Positions 26,171 through 38,579 of a stretch of DNA of 64,000 nucleotides are shown in pieces. Numbering within the stretch: the stretch's first letter is position 1; the number at the start of each line of letters is the position of its first letter. The notes under the pieces were generated by a model. It saw only the letters and a program-made list of their open reading frames with translations. It was not told the origin of the DNA and did not search any database. The stretch lies in the NCBI GenBank assembly GCA_965603825.1, contig CBFDEM010000004.1:186001-250000 (forward strand), given 5' to 3'. The DNA is from Blepharisma stoltei ATCC 30299. Lineage: Eukaryota > Protista > Ciliophora. A program made the position numbers and the translations under genes.

Positions 26171-28237
26171 ATGGAAATACCCGTGTTTGATCTAAAAGGC
26201 CTTCCAGTCCAAGTTCCCCCAGACATATCAAAGCTTAAAGACGTCTATCTCAAGCGCTACAAGCAAACTGGCACTCCAATAATCATTGACAATGGCTCTT
26301 TCAATTGTCGAGTTGGATGAGCCGGCAGTGAATCTCCAATTCTCACATTTAGGAATATTGTTTCTCGGCAAAAAACAAGCAAAGAAGTCCAAGAAGTTCT
26401 TGTAGGAAGTGAAATCCCTGAAGCTGACCTTTACAAATTGAGTATTCGCTCTCCTTTTGAAAGAGACATTCTGCAGCATTTCCATACTCAAGAGCATGTT
26501 TTTGACTATTTATTCTGGGCGCTTGGGATTAATGAAGACAGAGTAAATCATCCAATTGTTGTCACTGAAACAGTTTGCTCTCCAAACTACTCACGTCAAA
26601 TTTTGCTTGAAATGCTTTTTGAAGGGTATCAGGTCCCAAAAGTAAATTTAGGGGTTGATTCTTTGTTTTCGTTCAGGCATAATTTAGGAGCTAATAGGAG
26701 CGGACTTGTTGTGAATTTTGGGCATCAAGCTACTCATATATTGCCGTGCTTAGATGGAGAGTTTTTGCCGGGTTTTGCAAGGCGCATTAATGTGGGTGGG
26801 AATCATTGTACACAATCATTGCTCAATACGCTACAAACACGCTACTTTTATAATAGAAACCTCATTACTTGGCCAATAGCTCAAGAAATTGTTTACAGCT
26901 ATTGCTACACAGCAGTCGATTATTTTCAAGAGCTTGAAAATTTAAGGCTCGGAAATCAAATACGAATCCAATTGCCATGGGTTATGCCACAGCAGCCTAC
27001 AGATGAAGAATTAAAGCGAAAACAGCAGCAGCGCCGAGAGCAGGGCAAAAAACTTAGAGAAATCTCTGCTAAGAAAAATGAAGAAAAGAAGAAAATGATG
27101 GAGCAAGAGCTATGTGAGCTCGAAAATATCGCCTCAAAATACAGAAAATCAAACTCAGAGTTCCAAGAAGGCCTTGTTGCTCGAGGAATTTCTAATTTCG
27201 ACGAACTGAAAAAGAAAATAAACATCTTGAAATCGCGCCTTAACTTAGAAGTCGATGACAGCGAAAAGTACAATTTGGTTGACATTCCAGACGAAGAATT
27301 GTCAGCAGAACAACAAAAACAGAAAAAATTACAAAAAATGCAAAAAGCTCAAAAGGAATCAAGGGAACAGAAAAAAGCAAAAGAAAATGAAGAAAAAGAA
27401 AGAATTGAAAAATTGAAACAAGAAGACCCAGCTGCTTATTTAGAAGATTTGAGAAAACAAAGATTAGAAATTCAGACGAGGATTGATGAAAGAAATAAAA
27501 TAAAAGTAGAGCTGCAGAACAGGCATAGTAGACAAAGTCAAAGAAGGCTAAGAGCGATAGCAGAGCTTGGAAATGAGAGTTCCATAAAAGATGATAATTT
27601 CGGAGTAAAAGATCAAGATTGGGATATATACAGGGATATTCATAAAGATACACAAGAGGAAGATGAAGAAGATCAGGTCCTCCTGGCTGATCTTGATTCA
27701 GAAATTGCTCAGCTTGATCCAAATCATTTAATTACCATTGGTGAAGTATGGAGACCACCAACAGCTGAAGACTATCAAATCTATTTAGAAACAGACCGCA
27801 TCCGTCCTCCAGAAATAGTATTCCAGCCTTCTATTATTGGCCTTGAGCAAGCTGGACTTGTACAAACAATTGAACAAGTTTTGAACCTATTTAGTCCAGC
27901 CCAAGCCCAAAATTTAGCTAGCTGCATATTTTTAACAGGAGCATCTGTGCAGTTTCCGAATTTCAAAGAAAGGTTGGAAAGAGAAATAATGATGATCAGG
28001 CCGTTTGGAAGCGAATTTAATGTTGTCACTGCAAGAGACCCTGCTTTAGATGCATGGAGAGGAGCTAGTGATTTTTCTTTAACTGAGGAATATCATAATA
28101 CAGCACTAACAAAAGAAGAATATGACGAAAATGGGCAAGATTACTTAAAGGTTAAGCAGAGACATCTAGCGTCGAATTCATATTTTACAACTCCAAATCG
28201 AGGGGAAGAGCCTACTAAGAGGCAGAAAGTTAGATAA
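26171..28237 (+). CDS. ARP5: Actin-related protein 5 (INO80 complex), 688 aa
   Basis: PIIIDNGSFNCRVG(W=TGA)AG; LEMLFEGYQVPKVNLGVDSLFS; long charged insertion with DDNFGVKDQDWDIY; PEIVFQPSIIGLEQAGL; DAWRGA. Confidence 0.92.
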
Positions 28238-28375
28238 ATTCGTAATTAATACAATTGATTTATATGGAACTATTTTTATAGTTACTATTTAAATTATCTC
28301 ATAATTAGAGTAGACTGTAAATTTTCATTTTTTAACTACAGCGGGTAGCATGGATTTATTAGATAATTTTAAGGC

Positions 28376-29320
28376 ATGTCTGACAGATATCAAGAAAATC
28401 GTGATACTTTATTTGTTCGCAATCTTGTAAGCGTTATACAGGCAAGTGAGGTAACAGAAGAAACTTTAAGAAGCTTTTTTGAGCCTTACGGAAGAGTTAC
28501 ACAATGTAGTATTCCAAAGGAGTTCAACACTGGCCGTCCTAAAAGCTTTGGGTTTGTGACTTTTTCAACCGAGGATGACGCTGCAAGAGCTCTAGAAGCA
28601 ACAGACAGAAAAAATTTCTTAGGAAAATCTCTTTTAATCACATATGCATATGGAAATAGAAGAAAAGATATGCGATACGGTTCGCCGAAATATTCCACAA
28701 GATCCAGAAGTCGAAGTAGAAGCTGAAGTCGAAGCAGAAACCCTATCCCTAAAAATCTTACACTTGAATCAGAGCTGAAAAATTGATGTGAGCAGGTTTC
28801 AAGACTAAACGATGAGCTTCACAAGAAAAATCTTTCACTCATCAAGCAAAATGAAGATCTTTCCCAAGAACTTCGGAAAGCTAAAATCCGTAAAGATTCA
28901 TTAAAAAAAGAACTAGAAAGCTATAAGTCGCAAACAATGATTTTTTTGCCTTGTGGGCATCAGAAAAATGTTTTGCCAAGAGAAAAGAATTTAATTGATG
29001 ACCTTTATGAGCTAGGAATAAGCAAGCTTACACCTGAAGAAAGGATGAATGAAACGCTTTTAAGGCAGCTAAAGTCAAAGATTTTTTATATTATGGAAGG
29101 GAAATTCCCAAATATCTATAAATGTAAGCAGAAAGAAAATTTTATAATCGGTACGTGCGGACATATTGCTCAAGCAGAGTGCTGGGATATTCGGAATATT
29201 AAAAAAAATCAAAAGAAAGTAGCTTGCACTGAATTAGTAGATAAAATTTTGCCTTGTGGGCACACAGAAAAAGTTGAGTGCTCTAAAATTTCTGAACTGA
29301 CTATATGTAAGATTTGCTAA
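28376..29320 (+). CDS. RRM + short RS tract + coiled coil + Cys-rich LPCGH repeats, ~309 aa; probable intron 28427-28441
   Basis: RNP2 LFVRNL and RNP1 KSFGFVTF; RSRSRSRS(W)SRSR; two TGA=W link it in frame to LPCGHQ...TCGHI...LPCGHTEKVEC. Confidence 0.78.
28427..28441 (+). other. 15-nt stop-free in-frame intron
   Basis: gtaagcgttatacag; removal gives canonical RRM spacing LFVRNL/ASEVTEETL. Confidence 0.75.
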
Positions 29321-29363
29321 AATTAGTTCTAGTTTTTTCCTAATAAATAATTATATTTTAAAA

Positions 29364-30053
29364 TTATCTAAAGAATTGTTCTAGGTTTCTTTGGTATTGA
29401 GGACTCATAGTAGGATCAGATTGTGTAGCTGCCTTTAGCATCAGAGGGTTAACGTAAGAGAGATCTGGAACATCTTTTCGCAAAGATGCAGCTATTGACT
29501 CTTGGGCTTGAAACATGTTTTTCTTGTCATAAAACTCTTTGAGAGAGCTGTTGCTTGGAGATGGAGACAGTTTATCTCGTCTGACAATAGTGTCTAATGG
29601 ATCAACTGAGAAGTTTACATTATATTTTTTCTTTTCTCCTGTTAGTGGGTCATTTAATTCATCCCTGACTCTATTTTTAAAATATCTAGGCTCTTCATTG
29701 AGAACTCTTGGGTTCTGGCTAAATGAATATTGACTTGCCGATTTATTTAGGCCTTGATTTTGATTGACGCTCAGATTAGCTGTGCTTGCAAATATATGTG
29801 ATGGCCGATTAAAAGCATAAGAATATGCACGCCCTGTAATAGGGTCTTTAAACTGCTTTTGGCTTCTAAAAGAAGTAGAATTCATTGATGGAGGGACTGG
29901 ACCTATATTTGAATATATTTTGTTTGCATCTCGGAATATTGCATTATTATAGGTTGTTTTTGGAGGAGAGTTCGGAGGAGAATAAAAGGTTTCATGAGTA
30001 AGAGGATTGTAGTCATTGAGTTTTGGGCTTGATTTTGTATAATAAGTTGTCAT
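29364..30053 (-). CDS. Hypothetical protein, 229 aa, with repeated (N/D)P(L/I)T(G) motifs
   Basis: Intact ORF; NPLTH, DPITG, DPLTG, NPLM. Confidence 0.75.
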   Translation of the reverse strand: MTTYYTKSSPKLNDYNPLTHETFYSPPNSPPKTTYNNAIFRDANKIYSNIGPVPPSMNSTSFRSQKQFKDPITGRAYSYAFNRPSHIFASTANLSVNQNQGLNKSASQYSFSQNPRVLNEEPRYFKNRVRDELNDPLTGEKKKYNVNFSVDPLDTIVRRDKLSPSPSNSSLKEFYDKKNMFQAQESIAASLRKDVPDLSYVNPLMLKAATQSDPTMSPQYQRNLEQFFR

Positions 30054-30081
30054 ATTTATTAGTAACTGCTATTAAATATAT

Positions 30082-32290
30082 TTATTCATCAATTGGCCTT
30101 ATTTTTATTTTTGTTAAATTTTGCTTTAATAATACATTTTCTGATAACTCTGCATATGAGCTCCTTGACCTCTCAAACTCTCGAAATTCTTCAGGCAAAA
30201 CTTCATAAATCCTGACAATCCAATGCAAGGAAGTATAAACTTCTTTCAAGTGTTTTAATACAAAATCTTTGTCGCCAATATGGACCCTTCTTGCAGTGTC
30301 ATATCCTCCGACTCCTCCAAATCTGTAATATGATAATTTATACATTAAGCTGTCTTTCATTTTTTGCGTGACTTGGCTATCAATCCTATATACACCATCA
30401 GCTTCATAATCTTCTTCTTTTATTTCAGGATAAACTCCAGCAGCAATTCTTACCATCCATAAAAATTTATTTATATCGTCGCTCGAATATGCGCTATATC
30501 CGCCAAAAATTACCAGCACGTAATTAACGTCTAATTTTCTTAAATAAAAAGCTGCATCTTCTTCATCACAGCCAAAAATCATCCCTACAGTCGCAATATG
30601 AGAGTTATTTCAGGTATTATTGTCAACTAGAACAGTTCGGTTTCCCATGCCTGTTATTTGGTAGCCATAATCCCACCATGACATTATATGTGAATTTTCT
30701 TTTGTATTCATCCTCAGCCAATAGTATGCTTCTCTGAAATCATCAATGATTATTTTTTCACCATTGTGCTGATAGGACATAACAATTGAAGGCGAAGAGT
30801 AGCCTTCCGCAGTAGCCCAAACAGAATGATAGATATAATTACTAATAGCATAGCCAATTAAAATTATCAAAATAATAGATATTTCTATTGGGATGCCATA
30901 GCGTGGTCTAGCAGCTTTAGCATTCTTTCTTGATTTAACATACTCTTGCCATGATTTATAATTCGTTATATGCCTTACAAATTTATAAATAGTTTCCGAT
31001 ACCCCTATCCCTGATAAAATACAAAGCGCAGGAGCAAATACTAGCAGCAGTCTATTCATAACTGACGCAAAATAAGCAGAGAGCACCCCATATAAAGCCA
31101 AAAACAGTTTTCCTTCATTATATTCAACCAAACAAAAATAAAGCCCAATAGGTGCTAAAACCAGTAATAAATGCAAGTCAAAGAAAAACAGCGCCCAAGA
31201 AGTTGGCTGGTGTTCAGAGACTGATGCAATAATCGGAATAAACTTCGACGCATAAGTAGGATCCAGAAGACTCAAACTTCTCCCACTTCATTTCATTTTC
31301 CCTGTAAGCATAGCAAATAACGCAAAAATCACAATTAAATTCAGCGTGCCTAAAATCACAAATTTTTTCAAATTGGAAAATCTTTTTTCGCCGATTTGGT
31401 TTTTTATTCATTCACAGAACATATAAACATTCATAAATACAAAAACGGTATGTGAAGCTAAATGCTCTGAAGAAGTAATGGCTTGAAACCCTACAAAAGG
31501 AATTTGCATGGCTAAGATGCTCCCTAATATGTGGAATGTGCAGTATGTGATGTATACGTTTGTGGTAAGTCTTCCTATTAGTATTAAGCCGACGATAAAA
31601 ATAGGTATAATATTTACTATAAATGAGTACCCTCCCCAGGATGCAACCATATAGAATAAAGCTAAGGATGCAAGTGATGACCAAAACAGTGACCCCTATA
31701 TGTAGTTTACAGTATTAAGTGCTTTAATGAACAAATAAAAAGTAAATACCAATGCAAAAATGGCGATTGCTTCATTGTCATAACTTCCTGCGACTGATCT
31801 TGATATATAGGATGGCACGACACTTAAAAATAAAGCTGTAAATAATCCTGACTCGGATTTTCCAGTGATTTCTTTAGTAATCATATATCCTGTCAAAGAA
31901 GTAAATGCAGAAAACACAGGAGCAAGAAAAACACATATATTTCTGATTTCAATCGGGAACCCTAAAAAAGTCACCATTAGTTTAATGAGATGGGAAGTTA
32001 CCATGATGCCAGGATAAATTGTGCCTCCGATAACTCTTCCGAGTGGGAACCAGGATTCATGATCAAATCAATTTCATAACTCGTAAATGCCATTTTCTGA
32101 TAAAAATCTGGTCGTTCGGTAGTTAAATCAAGGGTCAAATTCGTGGATGATGCTTTCATAGCGAATAACCTGAATTTAAAGTTACTGAAAAAATACGAAT
32201 TGAAAACCCAATTAAACAGATAGCCGCTAGGATAACTATTTTTAGGGCTGGAGCGTATCTTGACAATTGTTTCACAAAAGTTGTCTCCAT
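30082..32290 (-). CDS. STT3: Oligosaccharyltransferase catalytic subunit STT3, 725 aa; introns 32170-32185 and 31696-31710
   Basis: [12 protein letters not shown](W)[39 protein letters not shown](W)[19 protein letters not shown]. Confidence 0.96.
31696..31710 (-). other. 15-nt intron (STT3)
   Basis: gtaaactacatatag; KALNT/GSLFW. Confidence 0.92.
32170..32185 (-). other. 16-nt intron (STT3)
   Basis: gtaactttaaattcag; IRIFS/VIRYES. Confidence 0.92.
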
Positions 32291-32589
32291 ATTCTAATAA
32301 AATATGTCCATCAGAATATTTTAAATTGACTCTAATCTATAAAAATAAGTTTAATTAAAATCATATTGGCAAACACACACAGAAGGGAATATAATTAAAA
32401 TTAGAAGTCTTTGAAAATCTTAATAGTCTAATAACATCGTATATTGAATCCAAATTGAATTTTAATTATATCTAACTTAATAGCATTTATTACCAGCAGC
32501 TTGCCACAACAATATATGGCATGCAAAAAGGAGAAATTTATTAAAAATGAATAAACAAAACATTGCGATAAATCTGCATTATGGTTAAA

Positions 32590-33711
32590 TTAGCTTTTAT
32601 CATCTATTTTGATTAATTGCAATTTTAAATCTTCAGATAATATGAGCTGCTCTGTAGGTCTTTTTTTATTGATTTTTGATAATAAAGAAGGGATAAAATA
32701 TCCAACAACAAAACCTGCTAGAAATCTGCTAGCACAGTATAATATTATTTTCACAAAATCCAAAGCTATCATCCCAACTATTTTCTCCACACCAAGAATT
32801 ACTGCCGCAAGAACTGCAATCCCGATTATTGAGATAATAAAATTATCTCTTGTGAGTCCACTATAAGTTCGCATATCTCTAATTTTATAATATCCTAATA
32901 AAAGCCCAGCTATTGCAAAAGCTAAAGTTGTGTCTGTAAGATTTTTGAATAGTGCATCTTTACTAGTTAAGTCACGGTTGCAATCATTTTTGAAGTTAAT
33001 TGTCCAGGTTTCATCTCATGCTGGATTCCTAAATAAATAAAGAAACACTGCTACAATCACAAAGAAAACTGCTGAAACATTGACTATTATGACGTGTTTT
33101 ATATTTTTCATCAATTTATTCATAAACCTTTCAACAGATGTTCTCATCAGCAAAGCTGATAAAAATGCTGCATATGAATATCCTAGGACTACTTGGAAAT
33201 AAAAATGAACGCCTAAATAAGTTCTATCAACCCCTGTAATTAAAATCGCAAAAATCAATAAAAATACTTTTGTTATAATATTTTGGCCATTCTTTAGCCA
33301 AAAATATCCAAGATAAAAAATGATTGCTCCCCCACTAAAAGTGTGTCCAGAGGGTGCACCGAAGTCTGTGTGGCATTTAATCGCATTAATTTTCGAATAT
33401 TTCCACAAAGGTCTCGGATGACAAAAACACATTTTAAAAAGCGACGCCAAACAAGCTGCAAAAATTCCAGCAGTAAGTCCCATCACTCCTAACTTCCTAT
33501 TTCCACAAATATATATAATCGCACTAATAAAAATAAATATCCCAGCTGTAATAATTTCTAAAGCCTGAAAAATAAAATTTCAAAATGAATTGCTGCCTCC
33601 TTGTAATCACTCAATAAAGTCTGCGCTTGTGTCTTCTAATAGATCTTCCATATATACTTCTAGCAATGTACAGACCACGGCAATCCCACCAGTTATAATG
33701 ACAGCCTTCAT
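32590..33711 (-). CDS. PAP2-superfamily membrane phosphatase (glucose-6-phosphatase/lipid-phosphate-phosphatase-like), 373 aa
   Basis: C1 KMCFCHPRP, C2 PSGH, C3 RTYLGVHFYFQV; several TM segments; continuous with TGA=W. Confidence 0.88.
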
Positions 33712-33743
33712 ACTGTGTAATTGTTTCAACTTAGTCTGGATAA

Positions 33744-35649
33744 ATGGAAGATCAAGGTCCAAAAGAAGAACATATTACAGTCGCTGTAAGGATAAGGCCT
33801 TTTGTACCAAGAGAACTTGCTAATGGGATCTCATCAGCATGGGAGCTCCCAGGACCGACTTCCATAAAAGAAGTTACTGGCCAGCGTTTTTTTGTGTATG
33901 ACCGTGTATATGAGCAACATGTCTCGACTGAAAAAATCTTTGATGAGCAATGTGAAAAAATCATATGAAAGCTTATGGAAGGGTTTAATGGGTGCATTTT
34001 TTGCTATGGGCAGACTGGGAGTGGAAAAACATTTACAATGCATGGATCAAGGAAAACCCAGCCTGGGTTTGTCCCACTTACTATTGATACGATTTTTGCT
34101 TATATTCAGCAAACTCCTGATAAAGAATTTTTAATAAGATGCTCTTATTTGGAAATTTATAATGAAAATATCAATGATCTATTGAACCCAAATGGCTTAA
34201 ACCTGCAGGTACAAGAAGACAAAAAGGTAGCCTCTATTATAGAACGGTATCAAAATTGTGGGAGCTACTGAAGAAGTTTGCAGCTCCATAAACCAAGTGA
34301 ATTCGCTGCTTTATCTAGGAGAAACACATAAACAGTTTGCAAGCACTGAGTTCAATTCAAGAAGCTCAAGATCTCATTGCATGTAACAAAAATTCAGATT
34401 TCGAATAATCGTGGAGTCTAAAAGTCGAGATCCGAGGCTAAAGAATCTTAACATGGCTACATTAAATCTTATTGATTTAGCTGGAAGCGAAAGTGCTGCT
34501 GTTCATGGACCCACAGCTTCTTTGAACCGTACAAGAGAAATGAAATACATTAACAGGGTAATTTATATATAGAGTTTACTTACACTAGCCACTGTCATCA
34601 TGAGGCTCAGTGATAAAGCAAACTCAATTCCAGTCCCTTATCGAGATAGCAAACTAACCAGGCTTCTTAGGCCAGCCTTAGAGGGCGAATCAAAAGTTGT
34701 CATTATCTGCAATATATCACCAAGCATTGACTCTTATGATGAAACTTTATCAACATTAAAATTCGCCCAAAGAGCTAAAAAAATCAAACAGACTATCAAA
34801 AAAAATGTCGTCCGTGACAGCAAAGCCTTGATCATGAAATATGAAGCAGAAATTGAGAAACTCCAAGAAAAGCTGAGAGAAATGGAATCAAAATTCAAAG
34901 ATGAAGCAGAAAATCAGTCATTAAAAGACGAAATCTGGAAAATGTCAGAAAAGCTTATGATGATACAAGATGAAAAAGAAATGCTCGATGCCAAGCTCGA
35001 GACAACTTTTAAAGAGAAATTGCAGCTGCAGTCAGAATTAGAACGATTGCGAGCTATGATTTTGGTATCTGAAAATATTAACAAAGCAGATATTTTGGAA
35101 GATGAATTTGTGGGTGCAGATAAGAAAAATCAAGAAAGAAGAAGACTGAGGCTGAGCATTATGAGAGATGGGCCACTTACTTTTGAAGAAAAAGAAGCAG
35201 TAGTGCATGAAATCCAGCATGAAGAAGAAAAAAGAAACCATACAGTTCTAGCAGATATGAAAGCCCCTGAGGTGGATTTGCATTCTCTTTCAAGAAGAGA
35301 GACAAATTTATTGGATGGAGTTGAGAGAATCCCTGAGATTTTAGAGAAGCAAGAAGAAATACCTGTAAATAGGTTTTCAATTATGATATCAGACAATGAC
35401 CCTAAACTCGTAAAACTGCGAGAAGTTGCAAAGCAAGCTGATGAAGGCGTATTAACTGGACCAAGTCGTGCTGATCTGTTATTGGTGATTGAAGAACAAG
35501 ATAAGCTTAATTCAAGGCTGCAGGGTCAGCTGGAAGAAAAGGATCAACAAATTTCGATCCTTAAAGATGAGTTGCAGCTATGTAGGAACAACTTAATATC
35601 AATGCAGAAACAGCTTAAAGAATACAAAAAAAAGGAAATGTTAAATTAA
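33744..35649 (+). CDS. N-terminal-motor kinesin, kinesin-7/CENP-E-like, 619 aa; introns 34227-34242, 34383-34397, 34558-34572
   Basis: YGQTGSGKT, SYLEIYNE, SSRSH, LIDLAGSE, VPYRDSKLTRLL; coiled-coil tail. Confidence 0.9.
34227..34242 (+). other. 16-nt intron (kinesin)
   Basis: gtagcctctattatag; restores frame. Confidence 0.88.
34383..34397 (+). other. 15-nt intron (kinesin)
   Basis: gtaacaaaaattcag; removal gives SSRSHCIFRI. Confidence 0.92.
34558..34572 (+). other. 15-nt intron (kinesin)
   Basis: gtaatttatatatag; removal gives YINRSLLTL. Confidence 0.92.
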
Positions 35650-35930
35650 TTTACTATATTAAAGGTAAATTTTATAATTATAGCGATTCTATGTTGAAAA
35701 TATCAATAAGATATACAGAAACTCCAATCATTTTGATCAAAGGAAATAAAACAATAAGAAAAAATAAAAGTTTTATGGCATTTGCTAAAAGAAGTCTTTT
35801 CCTTTTAAATCGAAAACCTAAATAATATCTCTTGGTCCCGTATTTATATTGATTTAAGCATACTATAAATGTCTTCTCAATAAATTAATTAATGAATATA
35901 TGCAATTTATTTCTTTTATAAATATAAAGA

Positions 35931-37274
35931 ATGGAATCCAAAAGTTATAAATGGCTTCTGACTCAATTAGTCAACCGAAAACTACCTCTTAAGATCCTTG
36001 AGGCTGGGATATGCCGAGGAGATAAGCTAACTGACTGATTCTGCACAGATACAAATGGAATCGTTACAAAAAAATCCACAAAAGTAATAAACCGCACCAA
36101 ATATCTCCTGATCCACTTTTTAAACGCTTGCGTACCTATGCTAGAGCAATATATTCCAGATAAAGTCATCTGCTATTTATATCACACAGACGGAAAACGT
36201 ATAATTCTTGCAAAAGAAGTTATTGAGTTGGCCGAAAATCAACTTCATGGGCTGCAAGTAAGAAGCATTCATATGGCTTTGGTAACTGCTAAATCTACTG
36301 ATAAAATTTATAAAATCAAAGCTTGAAACGAACAAGGAGAACTCCATACAGAACTTTTATATGGAAAATTCATTAGAGAAGATGGAGAAGTCGCTCGTGA
36401 TGTAATAATTTCTGAAAAAGCTATGTGGCTTACCATGTATATTGCAGAGACTGTCTATCATACTTATTGCCAGTTTATTGAGTCATTGAAGTATGAGATG
36501 GTTGTGGACCAATCTTCCCAATTGTATTTATTAAATATAACCGAATTAGCTTTTCACCAGACCACAAGTCCAAGCCTAAATAATGACTTTAGACTAAGGA
36601 AAAAATCGTTTCATAGAGCAATGCCTGAAGAAGAGGAAAGCTCTGAAGATTTGACGGATGAAGAAGTTCACAAAGATGAATTAGAGTCGAGAAAAACCCC
36701 TTTGATTGCGTATGTGCTCAAAGATTTTACCAAAAAAGCGAGGGTTGACCAAAATAGGTTTAAGATTTCTCTAGAGCGAGAGCCAAAACGAAACAGTCCA
36801 ACTTTTTTAAGTATGGTGGCTAACACAATTGACAAAGAAAGAAGAAGAGAAATTAACGCAAAAATGTTTGCGAAAAGCAGACTCGAAGTAGTTAAGCAGC
36901 GATCCTTAAGCAAAAGGAGAATTTTTCATTTGAACTCACTAAAATCACAAAGTAAATTATCTTCAGAATCACAAAATATTACAAATTTAAAGGATTTGCT
37001 ATTTTACCTTGAAAAAACTCGACCAAAAAATTGGATTAAAGACCAGCCGAAAGAATTAATTTTATCACCCGGATTAGATAAAAGAGGATACAGGACAGAA
37101 AGAAACTCCACAAATGTAAGTGACTTTAGTCCTCCGCCAACAGTTTCAAGGCACAGAAAAACTCAATCATCATGTAGCATATTAAAAACCGGCGAAGCTT
37201 TGAAGCTCTGACTAAATCAAGAAGCATGCCGCCTAGAAGCCAAACATTCCAGGCATTCTTCATCCTGCAAATAA
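35931..37274 (+). CDS. Hypothetical protein, 447 aa
   Basis: ATG 35931; three TGA=W join ORFs 36138 and 36423 and extend the frame to TAA at 37272-37274. Confidence 0.7.
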
Positions 37275-37420
37275 TTAAAAAATTCAAAAGATTCCCCTGT
37301 TTCCAAAATGGCAAAAAAACTCTCCTCTCCTATTGTGAATTCTATTTATATTTTATATTTATATTTGTGTTTTTTAAATTTCTACCGAACCTAATACAAT
37401 CCGTCTACCCACTAAATTAC

Positions 37421-38132
37421 CTATTGGGTCTTATATAATTCCAAAATTGTTTGCACTGTCTCTTGATCTGCAACAATTTGCAACCCAAGCCCAAGGTAAT
37501 TTGATGCCAAATACAAACAAGCTGCAGCGACATTTTCTGCATCTTTTCTTAAAAGTACTGATGTCCGAAAGCTGTCATTTGCAAAATTGTTTGCGATTTT
37601 AAGCAGATCTTGCTTGTTATAAGGACTTAGATCAAGGCTTGCCACAAAACTGGAAATATGTGGATATGGAAGAGGAATTTCTACGTTAAAACAAATTGCT
37701 TCAAGAACTGAGAACTCGTATTGGAGCAAACTCTGTTTGAGCCCGACCAGCATAGACTCTGAAAGAGGAGGCACTTGAAGCCTTGGATTGAGAGAAATTC
37801 GAATCGCTGAGCGTTCTTCATAGAATTTCCTGCACACAACTTCAAGATGTCTTGGCTGTTCAAGAGCTTTTGATGCTAGGAAAAGGCAGGCTCCAGCAAG
37901 CAAAAGATTGTCCAACTTCATATAGCTGTTACTAACAGCGATCTAGGATCAAAATTACTGTGTGAAAGTATAGTTGTGCAGTCGCCACACATGATTGGGA
38001 GAGGCGAAGCTTGATAGCCAAATTTCTGATGAATAGAAGTGATTGGATCAGGGGATCTGACACTGACTTGAATGGCTCAAGTCTTGGCTCCTTGATGCAG
38101 CTGAGAACTGAATCTGATCTCGCAAGTTCCAT
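37421..38132 (-). CDS. Transcription-type cyclin (cyclin L/K/T-like), 231 aa; intron 37943-37958
   Basis: LRLSQSCVATAQLYFH, ACLFLASKALE, YEFSVLEAICFNVEIPLPY, ANDSFRT, VAAACLYLA. Confidence 0.85.
37943..37958 (-). other. 16-nt intron (cyclin)
   Basis: gtaattttgatcctag; restores frame. Confidence 0.88.
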
Positions 38133-38579
38133 TTTTCTATTGTTAAGAAGGAAAAAAGCAAAATTAAAATTCGGGATTTTTGGGGTTGGGGCCATAGTTA
38201 CAAGAGAAGAGGAAGAAAAGAATTTTATTGATTTTGCTACAAGAAAAAAAGCCAGTTTTGTTTGATTTTTGGATTTTGAGAGTAAATATGGATAAATGCT
38301 GGATTTTTTTTTAATTTAAAACTCGCAAATAGAGTACGTAAAATGAATCAGTGGATAATTTGAAAATGGAGAATTATATGAATTAATGGCTTTTTTGATA
38401 AAAATTGCAAATATAATTAATTTCTAAAGCATTTAATTATATTTTGGATAAACAAGTGCATAGCTATAATCACAAGAACTTAAAATAGTCAATATTACAA
38501 TAATTTAAGTAATCTAGTATTTTAAAAAAAGATTTTGGAAGTTTCAGTAACTTCTTTTTATTGCAAAAGTAATAAGAAA

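Noticed and set aside
30082-32290. Selenocysteine or programmed readthrough at TGA
   Set aside because: The TGAs align to conserved Trp, not Cys, and occur in most genes.
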